A stretch of DNA of 26,456 nucleotides, from positions 1-26,456 of the forward strand of contig JAKQQL010000183.1 of NCBI GenBank assembly GCA_029564175.1. The letters are read 5' to 3'. The notes under the pieces were generated by a model. The model saw only the letters and a list, made by a program, of their open reading frames with translations. It was not told the origin of the DNA and did not search any database. The DNA is from Candidatus Cloacimonadota bacterium (GTDB taxonomy: Bacteria > Cloacimonadota > Cloacimonadia > Cloacimonadales > WRIO01). Position numbers and translations under genes: made by a program. This document shows positions 8,289 through 17,806 of the stretch, in pieces (position 1 is the first letter of the stretch; each line of letters starts with the position of its first letter).

Positions 8289-10430
8289 ATGGTTGAATCT
8301 CATCTAGGCAGTTTTTTCCCGCTTACAAACCCTGTCTTGAAATTCTCACTGCTCCTTTTTATCATCTTGATTATGCCTTGGGTATTTAAAAGAATCAAGA
8401 TACCTCATCTGATTGGGCTCATTTTATCAGGTGCACTAATTGGGCCTAATGGCATAAATCTCATGTTGAGAGATAGTAGTATTACTCTTTTCGGAACAGT
8501 CGGACTTCTATACATTATGTTTATAGCAGGACTTGAAATTGATTTGGCTGATTTTAAAAAAAACAGTCATAAAAGTGTAATTTTTGGAGCATATACATTT
8601 ACAATACCTATGATCATGGGTATCTTAAGTAGTTTTTATCTTTTAAAATTTCCGTTGCTTTCTTCAGTTTTGATAGCCAGTCTCTTTGCATCTCATACAC
8701 TTGTAACTTACCCGATTATCACTAAATACGGAATAACAAAAAATAAAGCAGTTACGATTGCCATCGGTGGTACAATGATAACTGATGTGCTCGCTTTGCT
8801 GGTGTTAGCAATAGTTGTTGGGATGACTAAAAGCACCATAACCTCTCAATTCTGGATTCAACTATTCATTAATATGGTGATGCTGAGCCTGGCAATAATA
8901 TTTATGATTCCCTATATTGCCAGAAAATATCTGAAAATTGTAGATGATAATGTTTCTCAATATATATTTATATTAGCGTTGGTATTCCTATCTGCTTTCC
9001 TTGCAGAGATAACTGGTTTTGAAGCAATCATAGGCGCTTTTTTAGCTGGTCTTGCTTTAAATCAGCTTATTCCCCATACTTCTCCATTAATGAATCGTAT
9101 TGAATTTATTGGCAATGCATTGTTCATTCCCTTCTTTCTGATAGGAGTAGGAATGCTGATAGATTTTAAGGTGATTTTTACAGACTTGCAAACGATCGCT
9201 ATTGCATTTACAATGATAAGCGTTGCTACTTTTTCTAAATTTTTAGCAGCTTATTTTACGCAAAAGACTTTCAAATTTTCGGATGATCAAAGGCGCGTTA
9301 TATTTGGTTTAAGTAATTCACAGGCCGCTGCTACTCTGGCAGCAGTACTTGTTGGCTATAACATCATTTTAGGCACATCTCCTGACGGTGAAGCAATTCG
9401 TTTGCTGAGTACAGAAGTGCTTGATGGAACAATTCTAATGATTCTGTTTACATGTACAATTGCCTCATTTTCTACTCAAAAGGGAGCATATCATTTATCA
9501 TTGCAAAATAACTCTGAAAGTCAGCTAGAATCCTCTGGTTTTGATGAAAAAGTACTTATTCCCATCAGTTTGGATAAAAGTGTAGAAGAGCTTATTCATC
9601 TTGGCTTATCCATAAAAAATAAACAAGCAAAGAACAACCTCTATGCATTGAAAATTTTAATGACATATGAGCAAAACCAGGATGCAGAAAAAAAAGCTAA
9701 AGAATTACTTAGTAAGGCATCTAAAATTGTTGCAGGGGCTGATCAGAATATCCATGAATTACTCAGATATGATTTTAACATATCAAATGGAATATATAAT
9801 GTTGTGCTTGAACAAAAAATCACTGATTTGGTATTAGGCTTACATCACAAAAAAGGTCTCACAGATAGTTTTCTCGGAAAAATAACTGAAGGTATTTTAT
9901 CGAAATGTAACACCAATATATTTATATATCACTCAGTTCAACCATTTAATACGATAAAACGTCTGGTAGTTGTATTCCCTGAAAATGCAGAAAAAGAACA
10001 AGGCTTTCCTCTAATAATAGTCAGATTATGGAATTTATCCTTAAATAATGGTATTAAGTTAATTGTTTTTGCACACAATAATACTCATAATTTTATTAAC
10101 GATTATAAAAAGAAAAAACATATAGAAATTGAACAAATCGAGTTTTTTGACTGGAACGATTTCCTCATTATTTCTTCTAAGGTTCAGAACAATGATGGTC
10201 TCTTCATTTTCATGAGCAGAGAAGGAAGTGTTTCATACAATTCAGTCATGCCAAAGATATCTAAATATCTCAACAAATATTTTATTAAAAACAATTTCTT
10301 ACTGGTTTACCCCACTCAGTGTGGAGTTGAATGCAGAGATTCAAGCGATGATTATCAACAGTTTTTTATCAGAACATTTGCTAACAAAAGCAAAAAAATC
10401 AAATCATTAAATATATTTAAAAGAGGATAA
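8289..10430 (+). CDS. CPA2-family cation:proton antiporter with C-terminal USP-like domain
   Basis: About 12 hydrophobic segments; motifs GLLYIMFIAGLEID, ITDVLAL, IIGAFLAGL and FIPFFLIGVG; soluble C-terminal region with a USP-like DLVLGLH..FLGKITEGIL motif. Confidence 0.9.
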   Translation: MVESHLGSFFPLTNPVLKFSLLLFIILIMPWVFKRIKIPHLIGLILSGALIGPNGINLMLRDSSITLFGTVGLLYIMFIAGLEIDLADFKKNSHKSVIFGAYTFTIPMIMGILSSFYLLKFPLLSSVLIASLFASHTLVTYPIITKYGITKNKAVTIAIGGTMITDVLALLVLAIVVGMTKSTITSQFWIQLFINMVMLSLAIIFMIPYIARKYLKIVDDNVSQYIFILALVFLSAFLAEITGFEAIIGAFLAGLALNQLIPHTSPLMNRIEFIGNALFIPFFLIGVGMLIDFKVIFTDLQTIAIAFTMISVATFSKFLAAYFTQKTFKFSDDQRRVIFGLSNSQAAATLAAVLVGYNIILGTSPDGEAIRLLSTEVLDGTILMILFTCTIASFSTQKGAYHLSLQNNSESQLESSGFDEKVLIPISLDKSVEELIHLGLSIKNKQAKNNLYALKILMTYEQNQDAEKKAKELLSKASKIVAGADQNIHELLRYDFNISNGIYNVVLEQKITDLVLGLHHKKGLTDSFLGKITEGILSKCNTNIFIYHSVQPFNTIKRLVVVFPENAEKEQGFPLIIVRLWNLSLNNGIKLIVFAHNNTHNFINDYKKKKHIEIEQIEFFDWNDFLIISSKVQNNDGLFIFMSREGSVSYNSVMPKISKYLNKYFIKNNFLLVYPTQCGVECRDSSDDYQQFFIRTFANKSKKIKSLNIFKRG

Positions 10431-10436
10431 CAGATT

Positions 10437-11264
10437 ATGGAAAAAGTTGGACAACAAAAAGTCGGGGTATATGTAGATGTATCTAATATTGCTCAAAATG
10501 GCGGATATGGTATGCACTATGATGTATTAAGAGAATTTGCATGCAGAAATCAGGGGATAGCAATGCGGTTGAATGCCTATGTGGCTCATGATGAAGAAAA
10601 AGCAAAAAGCGACCATGACTATAAAGAAAAATCAGATAATTTCCATGCCATTTTAAGAGATTTTGGATTTAAAGTGATTGTTAAAAAAGTCAAATGGTAT
10701 TATGATGAAAATAATACACGATTTGGGAAAGCCAATGCAGATCTGGATATGGCAGTTGATTCACTTCTTCAATCAGACAGACTCGATTATGTCTTATTGG
10801 CAACTGGTGACGGAGATTTTTTACAAGTAGTTAAAGCTTTGCAAAATAAAGGATGTCGTGTTGAGGTACTTGCGTTTAATAATGTGTCTTCTGACTTAAA
10901 AAAAGAAGCAGATGTATTTACTTCAGGCTATCTGGTTCCTGATTTGCTCACCTCTGATAATGATATCACAAAACCATGGGGTACTGAAGGTAGTAGAGTT
11001 AGAGGTATTTGCTATAACTGGTTCGCTGACAAAGGGTATGGATTTATGAGATATCTGAAGAACATAAATGGAGGGCTATGGGTCACTGATACCCGAAAAC
11101 TTGATTCTCCATATGAAACAGCTTTTGTACATGAATCTCAAATGTCAGAAATTATTGATATTCATACACTGCCAAACCGTGATTATATCTTTGAATTTAC
11201 TGTTATAAAAAGAAACGACAAAGGCTATCAGGCAATTGACATTAAAAAGATACATCGTTACTAA
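10437..11264 (+). CDS. NYN (LabA/DUF88, PIN-like) domain protein with C-terminal cold-shock-like OB domain
   Basis: Catalytic acidic motifs YVDVSN, KANADLDMAVD, TGDGDF and LKKEADVF; C-terminal WFADKGYGFM (RNP1-like) and AFVHES (RNP2-like). Confidence 0.88.
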   Translation: MEKVGQQKVGVYVDVSNIAQNGGYGMHYDVLREFACRNQGIAMRLNAYVAHDEEKAKSDHDYKEKSDNFHAILRDFGFKVIVKKVKWYYDENNTRFGKANADLDMAVDSLLQSDRLDYVLLATGDGDFLQVVKALQNKGCRVEVLAFNNVSSDLKKEADVFTSGYLVPDLLTSDNDITKPWGTEGSRVRGICYNWFADKGYGFMRYLKNINGGLWVTDTRKLDSPYETAFVHESQMSEIIDIHTLPNRDYIFEFTVIKRNDKGYQAIDIKKIHRY

Positions 11265-11282
11265 AATTTGTAAATCATTTTT

Positions 11283-12410
11283 ATGAAAATCTGTGTAATT
11301 ACGGCAAATTATCCTCATTTGCACAATCCTGTCGAAGGTATTTTTATTAAAGAACAAGCCTATGCCCTCAGTCAGCAACATCAGGTTAATCTTTTTATTT
11401 TCAAAAATGAGAGCAAAAATAAAACATTAATTCCAAGAATTCATCTGACAAAAATGACAGATCTAAGCCTTAATATTCATCATTTAAATATATCAAAAAC
11501 TTTACCAGTCTTTAATCAGCTAAGCTATCTGATTATCAGTTTGATTATTTTAATGAAAATTATGAGACATAATGCCTTTGATATATATCATTGTCATTAT
11601 ACTTATCCAGCAGGAGTCATTGGTTTTTTTATGAAATTGTTTTACAAAAAACCTTATGTGATTACTGAACATGCAGGTGTATTTGAATCTCATTTTCGTA
11701 GTTATATTCATAAAAAGCTCAGTTTATTAGCTTTTAAAAATGCTGATACAGTCATTTCTGTAAGCCATAAGGCAGCTTTCAAAATAAAAGACTTCTCACA
11801 TAAAAAAATCATAGTAATCCATAACTTCTTTGACGAGACAGTGTTTCTACCAGATAAAAATCATATTCGAAAAACAAATCTTCATATTGGATTTGTAGGT
11901 AATTTTTACAATCATAACAAAGGACTTGATATACTCCTAACAGCTTTGAGTCGATGTCAGTTCAAATACAAAGTTCATATTGTTGGTGGAGGGATTTTCT
12001 TTAATCACTATATAAGTCTTGCCGGAGATTTAAGCATTATTGAAAACTGCCATTTTTATGGTTCTCAAAAACCAGAAGACTTACCGGCTTTTTATCATCA
12101 GTTAGATCTTTTTGTACTTTCTAGCCGTAACGAAAGCTTTGGTATTGTCCTTATTGAAGCCTTAGCTTGTGGAATTCCTGCGATAGCAAGCAAATGTGGT
12201 GGGCCAGAAGAAATCATGACTTCTGATACAGGATTACTAATCGAAAATGATTCAGTTGAAGCCTTGTATGAAGCGTTAAACTATATGGAACAACATTTAG
12301 CAGAATATAATCAAGATAAAATCAGACAATATGCTGTTGAATTCTTTAGTAAAAAAAAGTATTTAAAAGAGATAAATCAACTATTTCAAATTCTAGTTAA
12401 TCAAAAATAA
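11283..12410 (+). CDS. Glycosyltransferase family 4 (GT-B fold)
   Basis: Motifs YVITEH, NKGLDILL and the EX7E motif ESFGIVLIEALACG; KCGGPEEI. Confidence 0.92.
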   Translation: MKICVITANYPHLHNPVEGIFIKEQAYALSQQHQVNLFIFKNESKNKTLIPRIHLTKMTDLSLNIHHLNISKTLPVFNQLSYLIISLIILMKIMRHNAFDIYHCHYTYPAGVIGFFMKLFYKKPYVITEHAGVFESHFRSYIHKKLSLLAFKNADTVISVSHKAAFKIKDFSHKKIIVIHNFFDETVFLPDKNHIRKTNLHIGFVGNFYNHNKGLDILLTALSRCQFKYKVHIVGGGIFFNHYISLAGDLSIIENCHFYGSQKPEDLPAFYHQLDLFVLSSRNESFGIVLIEALACGIPAIASKCGGPEEIMTSDTGLLIENDSVEALYEALNYMEQHLAEYNQDKIRQYAVEFFSKKKYLKEINQLFQILVNQK

Positions 12411-12490
12411 TCTCAAAAGTCACTTCAATTTTATCTGTTTCAAAAAGTATTTTTATTGTGTTTAGCCCTTCTTGTTAAGCGATAAAATTA

Positions 12491-12506
12491 TGGCAATCAT
12501 AATGCT
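12491..12506 (+). promoter_or_regulatory. Second, weaker sigma54-like -24/-12 element
   Basis: TGGCAATCATAATGCT with exact GG-N10-GC spacing. Confidence 0.35.
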
Positions 12507-12619
12507 ATAATGAATATTTTTCTTCAAGCTTAGAAGAATTTTTTTCTTACAAAAAATTACTGCAAGCATTACGGTTTTTAACTTATTATTTTTCAATACA
12601 TTATTATATCAAAACATTC

Positions 12620-12635
12620 TGGCATATACATTGCA
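12620..12635 (+). promoter_or_regulatory. sigma54 (RpoN) -24/-12 promoter of flagellar basal-body cluster
   Basis: TGGCATATACATTGCA matches TGGCAC-N5-TTGCA at all but one specified position and ends 26 nt before the flgB ATG, which has a GGAGG SD. Confidence 0.8.
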
Positions 12636-12661
12636 ATACCATTAATCAAGACGGAGGAAAA

Positions 12662-13075
12662 ATGATAACTGATTTACTATTCGATAGAACGGCATGCCCT
12701 GATCTTGAACAAAGCATGAATGTGTATTCTTTAAGACACAAAACCCTGAGCAACAATATTGCAAATGCAATGACTCCTAGGTATAAGGCTCAAAAAGTCG
12801 ATTTTGAAGAAGAATATAAAAAAGCCCTCTCATCAAGTCATATCAAAGGTTATCAAACAAATAGTGAACATATGGATTTAGGCAGAAAATCACTTACTTC
12901 AGTTGATCCTGTCGTATCTCTTAGAAATAATCCAGTCAACGACACAGGGTTAAACAATGTAGATATCGATAAAGAAATGGCTGAAATGGCTGAAAATAAC
13001 CTTCGTTATGAAATGAGTACAAAATTGGTTATGAAAAGATATGCAAACATTAAAAGCGCAATCAGAGGAAGATAG
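12662..13075 (+). CDS. flgB: Flagellar basal-body rod protein FlgB
   Basis: Motifs SNNIANAMTPRYK and NNVDIDKEM. Confidence 0.95.
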   Translation: MITDLLFDRTACPDLEQSMNVYSLRHKTLSNNIANAMTPRYKAQKVDFEEEYKKALSSSHIKGYQTNSEHMDLGRKSLTSVDPVVSLRNNPVNDTGLNNVDIDKEMAEMAENNLRYEMSTKLVMKRYANIKSAIRGR

Positions 13076-13084
13076 AGGTAAATC

Positions 13085-13585
13085 ATGATAACAAAATCTC
13101 TCTTCAGTACAATGGGCATTAGCGCTCAGGGATTATCTGTCCAAAGAACAAAAATGAATACGATTGCTGAAAACATAGCGAATGCAGAGACAACAAAAAC
13201 AGAAAATGGAGAAGCTTACAGAAGAAAAATCGTACAGATTGAAGCGGGTGATAAAGAAAGAAAATTTAGTGATTATTTCAAACCCAACCGTATCGATATG
13301 ACCGAGACAAATTCAGTTCATATGACTGATAAAAAATTTAATTATATAGATGAAAAGCCACGTATTGGTGTACATATCGCTGAAATAGCCAAAGATCCTT
13401 CTGCATTTAAAATGATTTATGACCCTGCACATCCTGATGCAAATGAAAAAGGTTATGTTGCCATGCCAAATGTCAACATTGTTCAGGAAATGGTAGAGAT
13501 GATTTCTGCTTCCAGGTCTTATGAAGCAAACGTCACAGCGTTAAACAGTTCAAAAGATATGATTCGTAATGCACTTAAAATATAA
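13085..13585 (+). CDS. flgC: Flagellar basal-body rod protein FlgC
   Basis: Motifs AENIANAETT, YRRK, YDPAHPDA, GYVAMPNVN and ASRSYEAN. Confidence 0.97.
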   Translation: MITKSLFSTMGISAQGLSVQRTKMNTIAENIANAETTKTENGEAYRRKIVQIEAGDKERKFSDYFKPNRIDMTETNSVHMTDKKFNYIDEKPRIGVHIAEIAKDPSAFKMIYDPAHPDANEKGYVAMPNVNIVQEMVEMISASRSYEANVTALNSSKDMIRNALKI

Positions 13586-13627
13586 AATGCATTACTTCTG
13601 ATTTAACAGGCAAGAAAAGAGGTAAAA

Positions 13628-13936
13628 ATGGCAATCAGTAATGTTCAATCACATCTGAGTAATACATCCAATATTTATCAAAAATATACTGAATTATATA
13701 AAAGTAACAATCCTACAAAACAACAGGTTATTCCTGAAAATCAACCAAATACTCAAATCCTTGAAATTCGTGATATTAGTAGCTCAGAGCTCAAAGATTT
13801 TCTTAGTAACGATGAAAAAAAAGTATTAAAAGAGGTTTTTGGTGATTTATCAGTTGACAAACAAACTATTCCTTATTATAATAGTCTAAAATCAACTGAA
13901 CTGTTAAAAGGCAGTCAGATTGATATCAAACTATAG
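13628..13936 (+). CDS. Hypothetical protein inserted between flgC and fliE
   Basis: GAGGT SD; tight spacing within the operon; low-complexity N-terminus; C-terminal KGSQIDIKL. Confidence 0.8.
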   Translation: MAISNVQSHLSNTSNIYQKYTELYKSNNPTKQQVIPENQPNTQILEIRDISSSELKDFLSNDEKKVLKEVFGDLSVDKQTIPYYNSLKSTELLKGSQIDIKL

Positions 13937-13944
13937 GAGGTATT

Positions 13945-14253
13945 ATGTCTGATCCAAGATTATCTGCAATCAATCAGATAAGAGATATTGAGAATACAAT
14001 CGTAAAACCTCAACATAAACCTAACCAGGAGGAAGTATCCTTTAGTGATACTCTTAAGAAATACATTAAAGATGCGAATGATATGCAGGTTGAAGCTGAT
14101 AAAGATATTCAAAAGATTATTGCAGGCGAAGAAATCGATGCCCATGAAGTGATGACAGCTGTTGAAAAAGCAAGCATGAGCTTTGAAATGGTTATGGAAA
14201 TCAGGAATAAAATGCTTGAAGCATATCGAGAAGTGATGAAAACACCTATGTAA
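13945..14253 (+). CDS. fliE: Flagellar hook-basal body protein FliE
   Basis: Motifs SFSDTL, HEVMTAVEKA and EIRNKMLEAYREVM. Confidence 0.95.
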   Translation: MSDPRLSAINQIRDIENTIVKPQHKPNQEEVSFSDTLKKYIKDANDMQVEADKDIQKIIAGEEIDAHEVMTAVEKASMSFEMVMEIRNKMLEAYREVMKTPM

Positions 14254-14310
14254 TTTCTGAACAAATCCTAGCGTTTGCAATAACAGCTAGTATTATAAAT
14301 CAGGAGAAAT

Positions 14311-15942
14311 ATGAAAGATCGAATAAATCATGTATCCAGTAAACTGAGAGATGTTTATTTAAGGATGGAATTAAGACAGAGAGTTCTACTCGCTGTTCTG
14401 ATTGCTTTAACAATGACAGTTATAATTTGGTTAATTACCTGGAGCACAAAGGTTGAATATAGTCTTCTTTTTGGCAAATTAACGCCACAAGACGCTCAAA
14501 CGATTATTACAAAACTGGATGAACAAAAAATTCCATATAAGATTCAAGATAATGGAACCTCTATCTATGTACCTGCAGATCAGGTGCCGGCAACTCGTAT
14601 CAGTCTTGCGTCCGAAAGTATTGGATTAAAAAATCAGGGTATTGGATTTGAGATATTTGATAAAACACAACTAGGAACAACCGAATTCCAGCAAATGGTC
14701 AATTTTAGAAGAGCAATGGAAGGAGAACTTCAGAGAACTATCATGTCAATCAGCGGGATTGAGTATGTCAGGGTTCACCTTGTTTTCCCAGAAGAAAAGA
14801 TTTTTAAAGAAGACCAGCAACCCCCTTCTGCATCGGTAATGATCAATACAAAACAAAGCCTTTCTGAAAAACAGATAACAGGAATTACAAATCTGATAGC
14901 CTCAGCAATCGAAGGTCTTGAACCCTCAAAAGTTACTATTATCGACCAAAATGGGAAAATTCTGACTGAATCTTTTGATGATGGTATCACTGGATTATCC
15001 AGTAAACAACTAAAAATACAATCTGAATATGAAAACAAAGTATCTTTAAAAGTTCAGTCTATGCTTGATCAAATTCTTGGGCCTAACAACTCTGTGGTTA
15101 GAGTTACTGCGGAATTGAACTTCGATCAGGTAGAAACAACAATCGAAAAATACGATCCGGAAGGCCAGGTTGTTCGTTCAGAAGAATTAGAGTCAAATAA
15201 CATGACTAATGTTAAAGACAGTATATCTAACGTAAACGAACATCAGATAACAAACTACGAGATAAACTCAACTATGCAAAAGATTATTAATCAAACAGGT
15301 AGTGTTAAACGTTTGACTGTTGCTGTTAATTTAAATTATAAAACAAAACTCGAAGAAAAAGAAGGAAAGACAATTAAAGAATACATTGAAAGAACTCCTG
15401 AAGAAATTCAGGGTATTCAACAGTTAGTACAGAATACAGTTGGTTTTGATACAAACAGAGGAGACCAGTTAGTCGTAAACTCCTTCTTGTTTGACAATAC
15501 TGAAGTTGAATTAATCAAAACAGAACAGGAAAAAGAAGTCAGAACTCAAAAACTGATAGATATTGCAGAAAAAGCTTTTGTTGTAGTTATTCTAATAGTT
15601 CTAATTTTTATACTAATTTCCCAGTTCAAAAAAATATTTGCTATTCCAGAACCTGAGCTTGAAAAAGAAGAAGAATTACGCCCCGCTTTTGCTGAAGGCA
15701 CTGGTGTTGGGGAAGGTTTTTATCATGAAGGAGAAGAAGGAATGCCAATGGGTGAAGGCAAGATATCATATACATATAAACCTATGAAAGATATTGAAAT
15801 AGAGCAAACTGAAGCGATTCTTTTACAAGAAGCGATTCAAAAGTTTATCATTGAAAATCCTGAAGTGGCAGTTCGTCTGATAAAAAGCTGGTTGATTGAA
15901 AATAATCCATTGGCAAATCTTCAAAATAAGGAAAAGAAATGA
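14311..15942 (+). CDS. fliF: Flagellar MS-ring protein FliF
   Basis: Two TM segments; motifs GFEIFD, RAMEGELQRTI, RVHLV, PSASV, NYEI and RLTVAV; C-terminal NPEVAVRLIKSWL FliG-binding helix. Confidence 0.95.
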   Translation: MKDRINHVSSKLRDVYLRMELRQRVLLAVLIALTMTVIIWLITWSTKVEYSLLFGKLTPQDAQTIITKLDEQKIPYKIQDNGTSIYVPADQVPATRISLASESIGLKNQGIGFEIFDKTQLGTTEFQQMVNFRRAMEGELQRTIMSISGIEYVRVHLVFPEEKIFKEDQQPPSASVMINTKQSLSEKQITGITNLIASAIEGLEPSKVTIIDQNGKILTESFDDGITGLSSKQLKIQSEYENKVSLKVQSMLDQILGPNNSVVRVTAELNFDQVETTIEKYDPEGQVVRSEELESNNMTNVKDSISNVNEHQITNYEINSTMQKIINQTGSVKRLTVAVNLNYKTKLEEKEGKTIKEYIERTPEEIQGIQQLVQNTVGFDTNRGDQLVVNSFLFDNTEVELIKTEQEKEVRTQKLIDIAEKAFVVVILIVLIFILISQFKKIFAIPEPELEKEEELRPAFAEGTGVGEGFYHEGEEGMPMGEGKISYTYKPMKDIEIEQTEAILLQEAIQKFIIENPEVAVRLIKSWLIENNPLANLQNKEKK

Positions 15943-15976
15943 CATCTACTATTTATTTAAGATATAAGAGGATAAA

Positions 15977-17023
15977 ATGAATTTTGATTTCCATTTTGAC
16001 CCTGAAACAATAGCAATGTATCAAGATTTGATCAAAGGCATGAATGGACCGACAAAAGCTGCTATTTTAATGATTGGTTTAGGTAAAGAAGCCTCATCAA
16101 ATGTCTTTAAAATGTTGTCTGATACCGATGTAGAAATGATTACAGCAAAAATTGCATCAGTGAGTGCAGTCGAACCTAAAATTTCTGAAGCTGTTTTTGA
16201 AGAATTTTATGAAATGATTAAAGCACAGGAGTATATTTCACTGGGCGGAATAGAATATGCTAAAGAATTGCTACAAAATGCCTTAGGAGATGTCAGAGCA
16301 ATGGAGATTATTAAAAAAATCCAGCGACTTCTCCAGGTTAAAGGTTTCAATGTCCTGAAACAAGTGGACTCAACCCAGCTTCTGACCTTTATTCAGAAAG
16401 AACATCCTCAGACAATTGCACTTGTCTTAACCCAACTTGAACCAATTCAGGCTGCAAATGTCTTAGCTGAATTACCTGAAGACCTTAGAAATGATGTCAT
16501 CATACGTTTTGCTGCAATGGAAAGAGTATCTCAGGAAATGATTAATACTGTAGAGCAAATCCTCGAAGAACGTATTGACTTCTCTCAACAGGGCAGTCAA
16601 TTTGGTGGAGTACGCTCTGCAGCAGAAATTATCAATCTGGTTGGATCTACTGTTGAACGTTCTATTCTCGAAGCGATCTCTTCTAAAGATCCAAAACTGG
16701 CAACTGAGATTAAAAATTTGATGTTTGTCTTTGAAGATATCCTTTATCTGGATGACAGAACAATTCAAATGATTTTACGAGATGTTGATCAGAAAGATCT
16801 GGCAATGGCATTAAAAGGTGTAAATGACGAAGTCCAGGCAAAAATATTTAAAAACATTTCAGAACGCGGTGCTGCTATTATAAAAGAAGAAATGGAATAC
16901 GCTGGTCCTGTAAGACTACGTGAAGTAGAAGCAGCTCAACAGACTATTCTTGATATTATCCGTAAGAAGGAAGAGCTTGGTGAAATTCAACTCAGCAAGG
17001 GTGGTGAAGACTTTGTACAGTAA
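15977..17023 (+). CDS. fliG: Flagellar motor switch protein FliG
   Basis: Motifs KAAILMIGLG, GGIEYA, EHPQTIAL, FGG, MFVFEDI and NISER..GPVRLREVEAAQ. Confidence 0.97.
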   Translation: MNFDFHFDPETIAMYQDLIKGMNGPTKAAILMIGLGKEASSNVFKMLSDTDVEMITAKIASVSAVEPKISEAVFEEFYEMIKAQEYISLGGIEYAKELLQNALGDVRAMEIIKKIQRLLQVKGFNVLKQVDSTQLLTFIQKEHPQTIALVLTQLEPIQAANVLAELPEDLRNDVIIRFAAMERVSQEMINTVEQILEERIDFSQQGSQFGGVRSAAEIINLVGSTVERSILEAISSKDPKLATEIKNLMFVFEDILYLDDRTIQMILRDVDQKDLAMALKGVNDEVQAKIFKNISERGAAIIKEEMEYAGPVRLREVEAAQQTILDIIRKKEELGEIQLSKGGEDFVQ

Positions 17024-17110
17024 GATTTGTAAAAAACAAACCCTCATAGTTCTAATCTCTTATTTTTCCCCCAGTAAAATACATGATATATATACAATGG
17101 AAGTTATATC

Positions 17111-17806
17111 ATGAGTAACTATCATTCAAATGAACCCTATTATTTTAATATAAAACCTGGATTGCCTGTAAAATCTGCCTCTAAAAGTAAATCTCATCCT
17201 GATCCATCTAAAAGCATTTTTAACGATTATCAACTAAACCTCATCAATCAAATGATTCAATATCATGTTGATGAAGCGATTAATCAGTTGAATACCCGCT
17301 TACTACAGGAAAAAAAAGAAGAATTTCAGAAAGGTGTAAAGGCCGGTATTCAACAAGCTCAACAACAACTCCAAACTCAGGTTAATCAAACCCTTAACAT
17401 TCTAAATCAGCTAACAGCAAACCTTAGTTCGCAAATTGACCAGATAAAGGAAGACCAACAACAAGAACTTTTAGCCTTTGTCATAACGATGGCAAGAAAA
17501 GTCATTGATACAGAAATTGAAACTAATCCGGTTATTATTCTTAATGTCCTAAAAAATGCGTTAAATCTTCTTAATGAACGTGAAGAAGTCAGAATTCTGG
17601 TCAATCCAAAAGACTGGTTAACCGTAAAAGAAAACATTAACAAACTTAATCTTCAAATAGATTTACCTAAACAGATTGAGATTGTCAATACGCCTGAAAT
17701 TACACCAGGAGGATGTAGATTAGAATACAAATCTGGATCAATTGATGCTGATATTGATACACAATTTGAGGAAATTAAAAGAAAACTGCTAAAAAATGCT
17801 GAATAA
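17111..17806 (+). CDS. fliH: Flagellar export apparatus protein FliH
   Basis: Lies between fliG and fliI; short GxxxGxxxA repeat; motifs VNPKD and GGCRLE..G.IDA. Confidence 0.9.
   Translation: MSNYHSNEPYYFNIKPGLPVKSASKSKSHPDPSKSIFNDYQLNLINQMIQYHVDEAINQLNTRLLQEKKEEFQKGVKAGIQQAQQQLQTQVNQTLNILNQLTANLSSQIDQIKEDQQQELLAFVITMARKVIDTEIETNPVIILNVLKNALNLLNEREEVRILVNPKDWLTVKENINKLNLQIDLPKQIEIVNTPEITPGGCRLEYKSGSIDADIDTQFEEIKRKLLKNAE

Noticed and set aside
13566..13595. 8-bp inverted repeat GTAATGCA/TGCATTAC over the flgC stop
   Set aside because: It has a large AT-rich loop and no U-tract, so it is too weak to call a terminator; at most an mRNA stability hairpin.
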